A DNA stretch of 64,000 nucleotides from positions 1 to 64,000 of the IMG/VR virus record IMGVR_UViG_3300037088_000361; one strand, 5' to 3'. Each line of letters opens with the position of its first letter. The stretch's first letter is position 1. Of the stretch, positions 17,461 to 25,963 are shown one piece after another. The notes beneath the pieces are model-generated. The model did not search any database and had not been told where the DNA came from. It saw only the letters and a list, made by a program, of their open reading frames with translations. This stretch comes from a virus. Both the position numbers and the translations under genes were made by a program.

Positions 17461-18024
17461 CTATCTCCTCTGAACAATGCCACTCTTCAGGGCATCGGTC
17501 CTTGAACCAGCCAAGTCGTACCTTGTGCGGAACGGGTTTTCCTCAATTAAGACTTCCAAGTATTGGACTATAGCACCGGCATTCGGCGTTGCCATATAAA
17601 TATCCAGACTCCCCAAGTCGTAGGCGGGCATCGCCAAATTGGTGATGTCACCGTCGTCCCATTCCGTAAGACCGATGGTCCCGCCCGCCTCAAAGTAAAC
17701 CTCTTCGTCGGAAGGTGATGCGGTGACGCTCATGTTAGCACCATCAAGGGAGTAAAGGCTGATGAACTGTGGGCTGGGACCGGGGGCAGCGTTGTCCAAG
17801 GTCATTGCAAAAGGTGTGGCGACACCCCCACCTGTAGAAGCGATAGCTCTGCGCACGACAAGAACAAAAACAGGGTAGGTAGCACCCGTGCCACCCAAGC
17901 TATCAAACTTTACTCCACGCAAGCGGATTGCACGGGAGCCCGGTTTGATGGACCCAATGGGTCCCTTCCACGTGTTTGCCACGAATGTCGTGTTTGCTTG
18001 TAATCCTAGTTTGAATGTATACAT
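17461..18024 (-). CDS. Paralog array member 3
   Basis: MYTF; SIKPGSRAIRLRGVK, LVVRR, MTLD, PAYDLGSLDIYM, EENPFRT tail. Confidence 0.85.
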   Translation of the reverse strand: MYTFKLGLQANTTFVANTWKGPIGSIKPGSRAIRLRGVKFDSLGGTGATYPVFVLVVRRAIASTGGGVATPFAMTLDNAAPGPSPQFISLYSLDGANMSVTASPSDEEVYFEAGGTIGLTEWDDGDITNLAMPAYDLGSLDIYMATPNAGAIVQYLEVLIEENPFRTRYDLAGSRTDALKSGIVQRR

Positions 18025-18067
18025 TCTCGTCTCCTATTGCCCAAAATCCCACTGCTGATTACTGAGC

Positions 18068-18523
18068 TTACTCCACCACGATTACATTCATCTTGAAGCT
18101 TGAGCTAGCTGTGGGGGAAGTCACATACACATCCAAACTTCCTTGGTAATTAGCAGGCAATATTAAGCCTGACATGCTCTCCCTCCACTCCGGCTGTCCG
18201 GTGACGCCACCGGTCGCATGGTAGACTTCCTTGTCGGTATACCCATTGGTCGCTGTCAAAGCCCCCGAAGCTGAGTACACAGCGGCAAATAAGGGAGTGG
18301 GGGCATCCAATGTGAGGGCGACCGGCGAGGTAGTGGTCCCCGTCGTAAAGGCACATCCACGGCGAATCGCCAAGATGTACAATTGCACGTTCGGGTCAAA
18401 GGCGATGTCCACTATGGCAATGGGCTTCGCACCCGGTTTAATGGAGAAGAAGGGGAGAAACCGATTGACCGTAGACGACGTAGTATTGCTGAGAGAGCGG
18501 AAGATATAATTGTACACTGTCAT
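18068..18523 (-). CDS. Paralog array member 2
   Basis: PFFSIKPG, LAIRR, LTLD, TDKEV, PANYQGSLDVYV. Confidence 0.85.
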   Translation of the reverse strand: MTVYNYIFRSLSNTTSSTVNRFLPFFSIKPGAKPIAIVDIAFDPNVQLYILAIRRGCAFTTGTTTSPVALTLDAPTPLFAAVYSASGALTATNGYTDKEVYHATGGVTGQPEWRESMSGLILPANYQGSLDVYVTSPTASSSFKMNVIVVE

Positions 18524-18529
18524 TCTCCT

Positions 18530-19444
18530 TTAGTTGGATTGCTCCGCAACAATAATGTATAACGGGAGAATCAAACCTGATGAACCTGGGGTCATTACTG
18601 AGATGTCAAGGCTTCCTCGGTCGTTACGGTCAAGACTTGCAGAACCTTTAGCGGCCACCCACTGGTCCACACCCAAGCTTCCGCTTGTCATAGTGATTAC
18701 TTCCTGGTCGCTATTCGAGGGATAAGTGGTAAGAAAACCAGTCTGTCCGTTAATGTAGTCAAAGGCACAGGTAAAGCCAGGGGCTGGGGCTTTGGCTGAT
18801 AGTGGAGTGATTGTCGGGTGACCGGCTGGTCCGCTCCAAGCACCCATACCACCTTGCCAGCCCGCCACACCACTACCATTGTAGTAAGTGTAGCACCCCA
18901 TATAAATGTAGCCAGGCTTGCCTATATACTGTGTGTCATTGAGAGAGCATTGGCTGGAAAGAAGAGTACCTTCACCTACTAAGCTGGAGTCAAATATCGT
19001 CACATACCAAGTTGAAGAAACTCCTGCAGCGGGCATGGTAACCGGCCAACTCGTGCGTCCATTGGCTGTTGATTTGTAAGTAAGAGGTCCCCAATTTGGT
19101 CCCGACACCAACACATTTGTTCCCGACTGGGATAATCCAAGGTGAGTGCTATCTACTGCATACACAGCGTTTGGATAGTTAACCCCCCCGATAGAAACAA
19201 CATAGGGGCTGTTAATGTTAGCTCCCCATGATGTGGCTTTTGCTCCTCTTCGGGTAATAAGAGTGTAAATAGGATAATCGCATGCCCCAAACTTCAGGGA
19301 CTTGATGGTTACCGGACGTGCTCCGCCGTGAAGAGTAAAGAGTGTATTCCAAACATTCCCAGTTGGTTGGGTTGGAGGAGTTCCTTTGTTATAAGACAAA
19401 CTAGGTCCTATTCCAGGAAACTGTACTGCATAAGTGTACTCCAT
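18530..19444 (-). CDS. Paralog array member 1, with large internal insertion
   Basis: MEYTY after GGAGG; GGARPVTIKSLK, LITRR, ~140-aa insert, SDQEV, NDRGSLDISV. Confidence 0.8.
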   Translation of the reverse strand: MEYTYAVQFPGIGPSLSYNKGTPPTQPTGNVWNTLFTLHGGARPVTIKSLKFGACDYPIYTLITRRGAKATSWGANINSPYVVSIGGVNYPNAVYAVDSTHLGLSQSGTNVLVSGPNWGPLTYKSTANGRTSWPVTMPAAGVSSTWYVTIFDSSLVGEGTLLSSQCSLNDTQYIGKPGYIYMGCYTYYNGSGVAGWQGGMGAWSGPAGHPTITPLSAKAPAPGFTCAFDYINGQTGFLTTYPSNSDQEVITMTSGSLGVDQWVAAKGSASLDRNDRGSLDISVMTPGSSGLILPLYIIVAEQSN

Positions 19445-19678
19445 GAAAAGCCTCCGTGAGCAGCAACCTTGCGGCTGCTTGCTTGTCTTTGTCCCTTGCC
19501 CGGTCAGTATGGCGCATCCCGAATAGGGGCAGGTCCCGTTGGGATAAAATATCAAATCCCCTCATTCCGCCAGAACCATCAATGACCTGAGGGTTTACTT
19601 CTCCCCTCATATAGGGAAACCGTAGTTAAAGTTTTGGGTTGGGGAATTATTGTCTAGAAGGAGTGGGAAGTCCTAGCC

Positions 19679-20767
19679 TTAACGCTTCACATATCCAGTA
19701 CATTCGGGGTGGTCCGAGCATTGACCATACATCTTGAAACCGTTATCGTCATAGCCTTTGCGATGGTTTACTTGGTCGCAGCCACACTGGCAACGGTAGC
19801 TCTCGTCAACCTCGGCGATTGCCCGCTTGGCGTCGTCGTCGGCGGGGATGACATCTACGCCTTGGCACATGAACTTACCGATGGGGGTACTGAACGTATC
19901 GCCGTCCTTAAGGTTGTCGTTGGTCTGGAACTCAGCATAGAGTTCCCGATAGAGTTGTTCGGCAAGGTCAAGGTTCTTGGCGTCGTGGTGGACATTGAGC
20001 CATGAGTCGGAAGTCTTTACCGTGGGGGGACCATCTGCGGCCTCTCCCAGTTCCTCGCCTTGAAGACCAACGATATACCAGAATCCGTCTTCTTTCCTTT
20101 GCACGGGATAATCCCTCGGGGCGGCGGAAACGGCCGCAGCCTGCTTAGCGATGGCGGAAGCGGGTTTTTGTATCCGACTATCGTTGGACCTCCCGGTCCG
20201 GGGTTCAACATCAGGGTTTCCTATATAATACGACTCCCTATACTGGCTAGGAATTAGCATGACATCCTCTTGGAACACCTTACGTCCTCGTGGATACTGC
20301 TCGTTCTTGACGGTCACGCAGAACCCCCAAGGTTTGAAGTAATGCAGACCCTCAACCACTACCGCTTCCATATAAATGCCGAGGTCTCGTTCGAGGACGA
20401 TGATTTTCTCCCCAACCTTGGGGACCCATTCATCGGTAGGTAACGCTTTGGGCTCCACATCTGGCTCGGAGCCATAATCACGACGCTTTGAGGAGCCTGC
20501 TATCCCCACATCCTTCATGAACGCTTGGTCCTCGGGGCTGCTGAGGTCGGGGAGGTTGGGACCGTCCCCCGCCTTGGCGGGGTCGATGAGGTAGCCCTCG
20601 TATTTGATGGCCCAGTCCACCGAGCTTGAGACATGGTCGTGGAGCCACTTGAAGCAGTCGTTATGGGACATCGGCTCCGTGAGGGTCTTTCCGTCCTTCT
20701 TGACGACATGCAAGGAAGTCTCGGTGCTATTCAGGAAGGCGGACTTGAACGGACTGGGGCTGGACAT
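19679..20767 (-). CDS. Modular hypothetical protein, possibly head-packaged
   Basis: GAGGAG RBS; short apparent modules joined by linkers such as AIAKQAAA. Confidence 0.75.
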   Translation of the reverse strand: MSSPSPFKSAFLNSTETSLHVVKKDGKTLTEPMSHNDCFKWLHDHVSSSVDWAIKYEGYLIDPAKAGDGPNLPDLSSPEDQAFMKDVGIAGSSKRRDYGSEPDVEPKALPTDEWVPKVGEKIIVLERDLGIYMEAVVVEGLHYFKPWGFCVTVKNEQYPRGRKVFQEDVMLIPSQYRESYYIGNPDVEPRTGRSNDSRIQKPASAIAKQAAAVSAAPRDYPVQRKEDGFWYIVGLQGEELGEAADGPPTVKTSDSWLNVHHDAKNLDLAEQLYRELYAEFQTNDNLKDGDTFSTPIGKFMCQGVDVIPADDDAKRAIAEVDESYRCQCGCDQVNHRKGYDDNGFKMYGQCSDHPECTGYVKR

Positions 20768-20803
20768 AAGTGCTCCTCATTTATGTGCCATGAAGTTCTT
20801 TCA

Positions 20804-21412
20804 TCAGTTCAACTTGGCAGAAGGGGGTCGCAAGCATTCCTCTTGGGCGGGGGCGTTGCCGTATGGCATCCCCCTCAATTCATCCCCAATCTCCGATTCA
20901 CGAGACTGTTCAGCCCCTATCCCTTCGAGCATCTGCTGTCGCTCTTCACGAGTGGATGGCACCCTCATGCGGTGCCCTTCCTCGTGCTCGGTATAGCTCC
21001 AGCCCCCCAAGGTTCCTTGGCTGACTCTCGTCAATTCTTCCATAATCCTCTTCCACTCCCGTGCCTTCTTGTCGAGCGACAGGAGAAGGTTGTTGACGGA
21101 CTTGCTGTCAGTGGGCTGGACGGCGTTCGGGTTAACGATAAATAACGGCTTGCCGAGGACGAACGCCATGCCGATGTCGAACAGGCTGCCTTGGCTGGTG
21201 GGTTCATACCAGACGTGGACCTCGTCCGAGTGCTCCATGGCAAAGCGGTTGTCTTCGCAAATCTTGAGGGAGTCCTGGTCCTGCATCGTGTCCCGTGCGG
21301 GCCAATGAACAGTATTTCCCTCCACATTCTCCTGCTGGCGAACCCAATCGGCGATGGCTCGGGTTTGCTCCTCGCTGGCGTACCTTACCGGGCAAATCAG
21401 GAATATGCGCAT
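20804..21412 (-). CDS. Nucleoside 2-deoxyribosyltransferase-like protein
   Basis: MRIFLICPV...VHWP...SDEVHVWY...SQGSLFDIGMAFVLGKP. Confidence 0.7.
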   Translation of the reverse strand: MRIFLICPVRYASEEQTRAIADWVRQQENVEGNTVHWPARDTMQDQDSLKICEDNRFAMEHSDEVHVWYEPTSQGSLFDIGMAFVLGKPLFIVNPNAVQPTDSKSVNNLLLSLDKKAREWKRIMEELTRVSQGTLGGWSYTEHEEGHRMRVPSTREERQQMLEGIGAEQSRESEIGDELRGMPYGNAPAQEECLRPPSAKLN

Positions 21413-21603
21413 GGTTTCTCCTCTATAACAAGCGAGTATGGGTGGACGGAAGGTCTCGGAAGGTGCTTCGCTTCCTCCACCATCAGAGCCACGATAAGCC
21501 CCGACACCATGAGAACGAGAAGCAGGATGATGATGTATGCGGCGATTGCCGCTTTCGCTTGCCCGAACAGCCGGTTAAACTGTGGTCTGAGCTTTTTGCC
21601 CAC
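21397..21603 (-). CDS. Small membrane protein (GTG start)
   Basis: AAGGA RBS; AAIAAYIIILLLVLMVSGLIVALMV hydrophobic helix. Confidence 0.5.
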   Translation of the reverse strand: MGKKLRPQFNRLFGQAKAAIAAYIIILLLVLMVSGLIVALMVEEAKHLPRPSVHPYSLVIEEKPCAYS

Positions 21604-21867
21604 GGGTCTTTTCCTTTTGGAGCTTAGTCTGGAAATCGCAAAAGTCGGCGATGTCCCGCAGGCAGCTTGCGGCATAGGTGGTGAAGCTGTAGGGGAAGAA
21701 GTTATACTGACGCCACGTGGGGAACCACTCAATGGTCCCGAAGACCAAGTTGTCCGTGGTAGCTTGACCCCGAACACCCTGGTCTTGCCGCTCTTGCTTG
21801 GTCCGACGTACTTTATGATGAGGTGCTTCCCCGTCGCTCCGTCCTCGCTACACAGGTTTAAGGCCAT
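21575..21867 (-). pseudogene. Small phage protein split by a 1-nt frameshift near 21763
   Basis: SKSGKTRVFGVK continues in the -1 frame as ATTDNLVFGTIEWFPTWRQYNFFP...CLRDIADFC. Confidence 0.6.
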
Positions 21868-21896
21868 GGTTACTCCTATAGCGATAATACCAGATT

Positions 21897-22403
21897 TTAT
21901 GGGGATTTTATCTTGATGCCGTAGTCCGGGGTCAGATTCTCAATGCTGGGGAAGTTTTGGAAGATGGGAATGGCAATGCGGAAGTTGCCCTTGAACTTTA
22001 CCCACCACCCCTTCAAGGCGTCATAACTGGCGCTATCTAGGACCATGTTTCCCGTGGACTCAGGAGGCTCCGGGGGAGGAGGGATGAGATTGTAGGTACG
22101 CCCGAGGAAATAGGAAGCATTGTAGGGAGGGTCCACGAACTGCGCCCATTCAAGGCACTTATCTTTATATGGAGCGAGGAAGTTCATGAAGAGGCTGGTA
22201 GAGCTAAGCGAGCCGACATCCACCATCCCGGCTCCCCATGGGGAGTAGGTCATCTGGAATAAGTTCTGACCGAAGAAGGTGGTGGTCTGAACCTCCATGC
22301 GGATGAAGCTCACGGACAGGATTACACGGTAGCCGGTGCTAACGATGCCCCCGGCGAACTCCTGCCATGGACCGAGCTTGAGTGCCAAGACTTTGCCGGG
22401 CAT
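21897..22403 (-). CDS. Hypothetical protein
   Basis: TAATG coupling with the upstream ORF. Confidence 0.65.
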   Translation of the reverse strand: MPGKVLALKLGPWQEFAGGIVSTGYRVILSVSFIRMEVQTTTFFGQNLFQMTYSPWGAGMVDVGSLSSTSLFMNFLAPYKDKCLEWAQFVDPPYNASYFLGRTYNLIPPPPEPPESTGNMVLDSASYDALKGWWVKFKGNFRIAIPIFQNFPSIENLTPDYGIKIKSP

Positions 22404-22663
22404 TACATCTCCTCGGGAAGCCTACTGCCGAGCAGGGATTCTCTAACAATTTGAAAAGCATCAACCTTGGCTTCCCACTCTATCTTATTGCCAGCGATTG
22501 CTACTGGAGTAGTGAGATGAAAACGGAAGTTCTCAATGATATGGTCAAGAAATTCCGCACAGCGGGTTCGGTCGGATGGGTCTTTGAGCAACGTCTCGTT
22601 AGGAAACGGATGCTTTCTGTTTTTCTTGAATTCGTCCCACGAGGTATTCAGATTCATAAGCAC
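22403..22663 (-). CDS. Hypothetical protein
   Basis: Tightly packed ORF in the operon. Confidence 0.6.
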   Translation of the reverse strand: MLMNLNTSWDEFKKNRKHPFPNETLLKDPSDRTRCAEFLDHIIENFRFHLTTPVAIAGNKIEWEAKVDAFQIVRESLLGSRLPEEM

Positions 22664-22672
22664 CTATGTTAA

Positions 22673-23374
22673 CTAAAATTGTAATATCCAACTGAATATA
22701 ATATCTATTCCAGGAGGTAATAAAAGTGGGGGTAGGGTCTTGTAGTTGCAAAGCACTACCGTCTGCTGGCTTGCTTTCACTGTGGCATAACTTGACGGGT
22801 TTCCGTTGAAATAGGGTGCCGTCAGCATCGTGTAAGGTCCCATATCAGCAATTCCCCCGCCGATGAGCCCCATCTCCCTGACCGCCTGCGTGATGTTGTT
22901 GGTGGTGCTGTTAACCGTGGTCTGGAACTCCACGTTCTGGGAGAGGACGGCGACGGCATTCCAGTTGCCACTATTATCCTGCGTGACGAAGTTGACCCTC
23001 GAAAGCTGGACACGGACGAGGGGTTGTATAAGCTCCACCTGCGCTGCCGTCTCGACCGGCTGGGTGGTCGGTGCCCATGTAGGGCTTCCCGCCCCTAGAG
23101 CAAGCCCCCAGATGCCCCAGGCAGGCTCCGTAGCGGGGATGCTGACGGACTGGACCTGCGGCGGGGAGAGGCTAAGCGGGCTGGCACACGCCAAGAACTG
23201 TGCAAAAAGCCATGAAGATACACTCGTGATGATATTGTGGTCCTCGTAGAGGGCTTCTCCAGTGTCCTTCCGATAGATACGGATTGCCCCGTGCCGGATG
23301 GGGTTGGGAATCTTCTCCGACCCGTTCACCTTAAACAGCGTTGGCTGTGACATTACCTGAATCCTGTTTTCCAT
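22673..23374 (-). CDS. Baseplate/tail-fibre attachment-type structural protein
   Basis: DHNIIT, WGLALGAG, VREMGLIGG, NYKT, FSWILQF pattern as recalled from large myophage baseplate proteins. Confidence 0.65.
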   Translation of the reverse strand: MENRIQVMSQPTLFKVNGSEKIPNPIRHGAIRIYRKDTGEALYEDHNIITSVSSWLFAQFLACASPLSLSPPQVQSVSIPATEPAWGIWGLALGAGSPTWAPTTQPVETAAQVELIQPLVRVQLSRVNFVTQDNSGNWNAVAVLSQNVEFQTTVNSTTNNITQAVREMGLIGGGIADMGPYTMLTAPYFNGNPSSYATVKASQQTVVLCNYKTLPPLLLPPGIDIIFSWILQF

Positions 23375-25775
23375 TGCCTTTTCCTCTCCCTGCTCGATTG
23401 CAAATCTGCTGGATAATCTTTCCTGACTTCTGAAACAGAAGGATAACCCCTCGGTGGAAGTCGTGTGGGCTATCCTTTATTTGCTGTTGCACTTCCTCAA
23501 AGGTCATCCACTCAATAGCCTCGGTCTCCCAAGCATGGTCTTCCTGTGGATTAAAACCAAACTCCGTGGGTACTTCCCCCAAGAAATTAAAATATTTGAA
23601 TCGCCCTCTATCATTGAACACATAGGCAGGATGCAAGGAAATACCCCCAGTGTATCCCGTCTCTTCCTGCAACTCTTCTTGCGCACTTTCCTTTGGTTGC
23701 ATCCCCCTTTTTACGGCTCCGCCGATTGTACCGAAACAGCTTCCCTCATTCACATGGGGACTTCTCCAAGCAAGGCAAACTCTTCCAGTAGTCATGCATA
23801 TGGGAAGTATGCCGCTGGCAGCATTGCCCTCTCCCACCCAGTATCCCTCGGCGTTGGTGTAGTCTGCCCTTACCGCCTTCTCCAAGGGCACAGGAGTGGA
23901 GCCGGGTTCCCTGACCATAAGCCTTCCATGTCCTCCTAGCTCAGGGTGGTTGGCGTAGTAGTCGTCCTGCGCCCCGTGCGCCCATGCTATCATCTCGTCC
24001 TCCCGAAGGAAGCGTCCCACCTTCTCGATTCCCCACAGGCTGGCCACCTTGGACTCGTCCCCCTCCAGTATGGCCATCTCCTTCTCAAGCTCCTTCTTTC
24101 GCCCCATGGGGTCCTTCCAGAGCTTGTACCCGCTGTCGGTCTTCCCTCCGGGGTTGCCGCCCTCCGTGTCGCCGTGAAGCTCGTGGGCGATGCCGAGGGC
24201 ACACTGGCGGAGGTCGTCGGGGATGTCGGAGCCGTGGGTCATGAGGAATATGACCACGGCGAGGTAATCCTGCTTGGCGTCCGGGGTGCCGAGGTCCATG
24301 GAGTTAAGCTCGGCTACGAGGTCAGGAAGCTGGTCTTCCGGCACCGGCTCGTCGAACCCGAGTTGTGACTCGTCGCCCTTTGGTCGATAGCGGTCTAGGA
24401 TGTCATGGGCGCTGTCGTCGTCGTAGGAGCGCAGCCCCCACTGACCGGCACGCTTGTCCCGGCGCATGACCGCCGCAGCATAGGCGTCCACGCTCCACTG
24501 GATTTTTGCCTTCACGACCTCGGGGGTGACCTCATCGATGCCGAGGACGAGCGTGGAGGGGTTGTGGGGGGTGTTGAAATACACGAGGTCCATGTCCCCC
24601 ACGCCTATGAACTTTCCTCCCCCCGCCGTGACGGCGTCGATGACCCTCTGCACGTCTTCCGGCATCACGCTTCCCTTCTTTTTGTACTGCATCTTAAGAA
24701 GCTCATTGTGGAATCCAGGTCCCAACGACAAGGTGCCCTTGGGCCTGCCCATGTTGTCGTAGACCACCAGGTAGAGCGGGAAGGGCTGGCTCTTGATGCT
24801 CTGGAAGCGGTACCGCTTGATTGCCTTGAGGACATCGTTCTTGGAGGGGGAGAGCGGGCGCTCCGGGACGAACTCCATCCGGCGCTGCTTTGGCATCCGC
24901 CTTATCTGCTTCGCCGAGGCAGTCTTGTCAGCCAAAGAAGCCAAGCCCCTTTGCAAGTCTCCTAAAGTTCCCTCGCCATGTCCCAGATGGCGTCCAGTAA
25001 TTGAGCGTACATCCCACCAGATACGGGGTTCATTCTTGCAGAACCTAGCGACCTCCGTCATCTGCTCACTGGTGGGGAGATTGATAAAATCAACCTCTCT
25101 CGGGCTAACCACTCGTACAACCGGACCATAGCTAAACAACTCCTGTTCCCCACCCACGGCTTGTGCTACCATAGGATGTCCGGTCGCAGACTCTTCGACA
25201 TCATACATCACGTCTAAGTCGTGTTTTGCCATAATCCAAGTCCCATCGGACATTATCATCTTGCCGTCAAAGGAATCATTGACAGGATGACCACGGGGAA
25301 CTACCAGCATCCCTAGTATCTTGGAGACAGACTTCAAGAACGCTTTTAGACTTGAGTCTGCCGCCGTCACGACGCACTTCTGGGTCTCGTTGATGAACTC
25401 GGGGGGCAGCGGGAACTCCCCACGGACGGAGCCGACAGTGGGGTCCTTCTCTCGGTCTTCCGGGCGGTCGTTGGCGGTCATCCCCTTGTAGCAGTCGAGG
25501 GCGAGGGCGTAGACCTTGGCGATGACTTCCTTCTTGTACCCGGTGCTTACCATGAACGCCGCCATCTCGTCCAGCATGACCCCCAGAGCCTCGCTGGTCA
25601 CCTGCCGGAACTCCAAGGGGTCGTTGGAGGAAATGGGAAATTTTATGGAAAATACGGTAAACTTGGGTATTCCGAGGTCAAGGACGATGGAGGCAGTGGG
25701 CTGCAAGGACCGGACCGCTGTTATCTCCAGTGTCCCAGTCGAAGGAGACAAGTATGCCTGCTTTACAGTGCTCAT
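23331..25775 (-). CDS. Multidomain protein with DUF4259-like module and C-terminal Nudix hydrolase
   Basis: Nudix box GGAVKRGMQPKESAQEELQEETGY; GQWGLRSYDDDSAHDILD. Confidence 0.8.
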   Translation of the reverse strand: MSTVKQAYLSPSTGTLEITAVRSLQPTASIVLDLGIPKFTVFSIKFPISSNDPLEFRQVTSEALGVMLDEMAAFMVSTGYKKEVIAKVYALALDCYKGMTANDRPEDREKDPTVGSVRGEFPLPPEFINETQKCVVTAADSSLKAFLKSVSKILGMLVVPRGHPVNDSFDGKMIMSDGTWIMAKHDLDVMYDVEESATGHPMVAQAVGGEQELFSYGPVVRVVSPREVDFINLPTSEQMTEVARFCKNEPRIWWDVRSITGRHLGHGEGTLGDLQRGLASLADKTASAKQIRRMPKQRRMEFVPERPLSPSKNDVLKAIKRYRFQSIKSQPFPLYLVVYDNMGRPKGTLSLGPGFHNELLKMQYKKKGSVMPEDVQRVIDAVTAGGGKFIGVGDMDLVYFNTPHNPSTLVLGIDEVTPEVVKAKIQWSVDAYAAAVMRRDKRAGQWGLRSYDDDSAHDILDRYRPKGDESQLGFDEPVPEDQLPDLVAELNSMDLGTPDAKQDYLAVVIFLMTHGSDIPDDLRQCALGIAHELHGDTEGGNPGGKTDSGYKLWKDPMGRKKELEKEMAILEGDESKVASLWGIEKVGRFLREDEMIAWAHGAQDDYYANHPELGGHGRLMVREPGSTPVPLEKAVRADYTNAEGYWVGEGNAASGILPICMTTGRVCLAWRSPHVNEGSCFGTIGGAVKRGMQPKESAQEELQEETGYTGGISLHPAYVFNDRGRFKYFNFLGEVPTEFGFNPQEDHAWETEAIEWMTFEEVQQQIKDSPHDFHRGVILLFQKSGKIIQQICNRAGRGKGNGKQDSGNVTANAV

Positions 25776-25779
25776 CTAA

Positions 25780-25950
25780 TTAGCGTCCTAAAATCAATAC
25801 AAGCGGCCACAGTATCACGACCAAGACCTTATGGTACCACTCGACATTCGGCTTGAACCTGATCGGGGAGAAGGTTCCGTCTATGGAGGCTAGCGTAAGC
25901 ACCCCGCATACCAGCCATGCCACCGATACATCCAATACCAGCCTGAGCAT
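25780..25950 (-). CDS. Small two-helix membrane protein (56 aa, not in ORF track)
   Basis: MLRLVLDVSVAWLVCGVLTLAS...KVLVVILWPLVLILGR; GGAG upstream; fills the gap between neighbours. Confidence 0.55.
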   Translation of the reverse strand: MLRLVLDVSVAWLVCGVLTLASIDGTFSPIRFKPNVEWYHKVLVVILWPLVLILGR

Positions 25951-25963
25951 ATAACACACGCTC

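Noticed and set aside
15846-19444. Diversity-generating retroelement targets
   Set aside because: No reverse transcriptase and no near-identical TR/VR pair with adenine-specific differences seen in the window.
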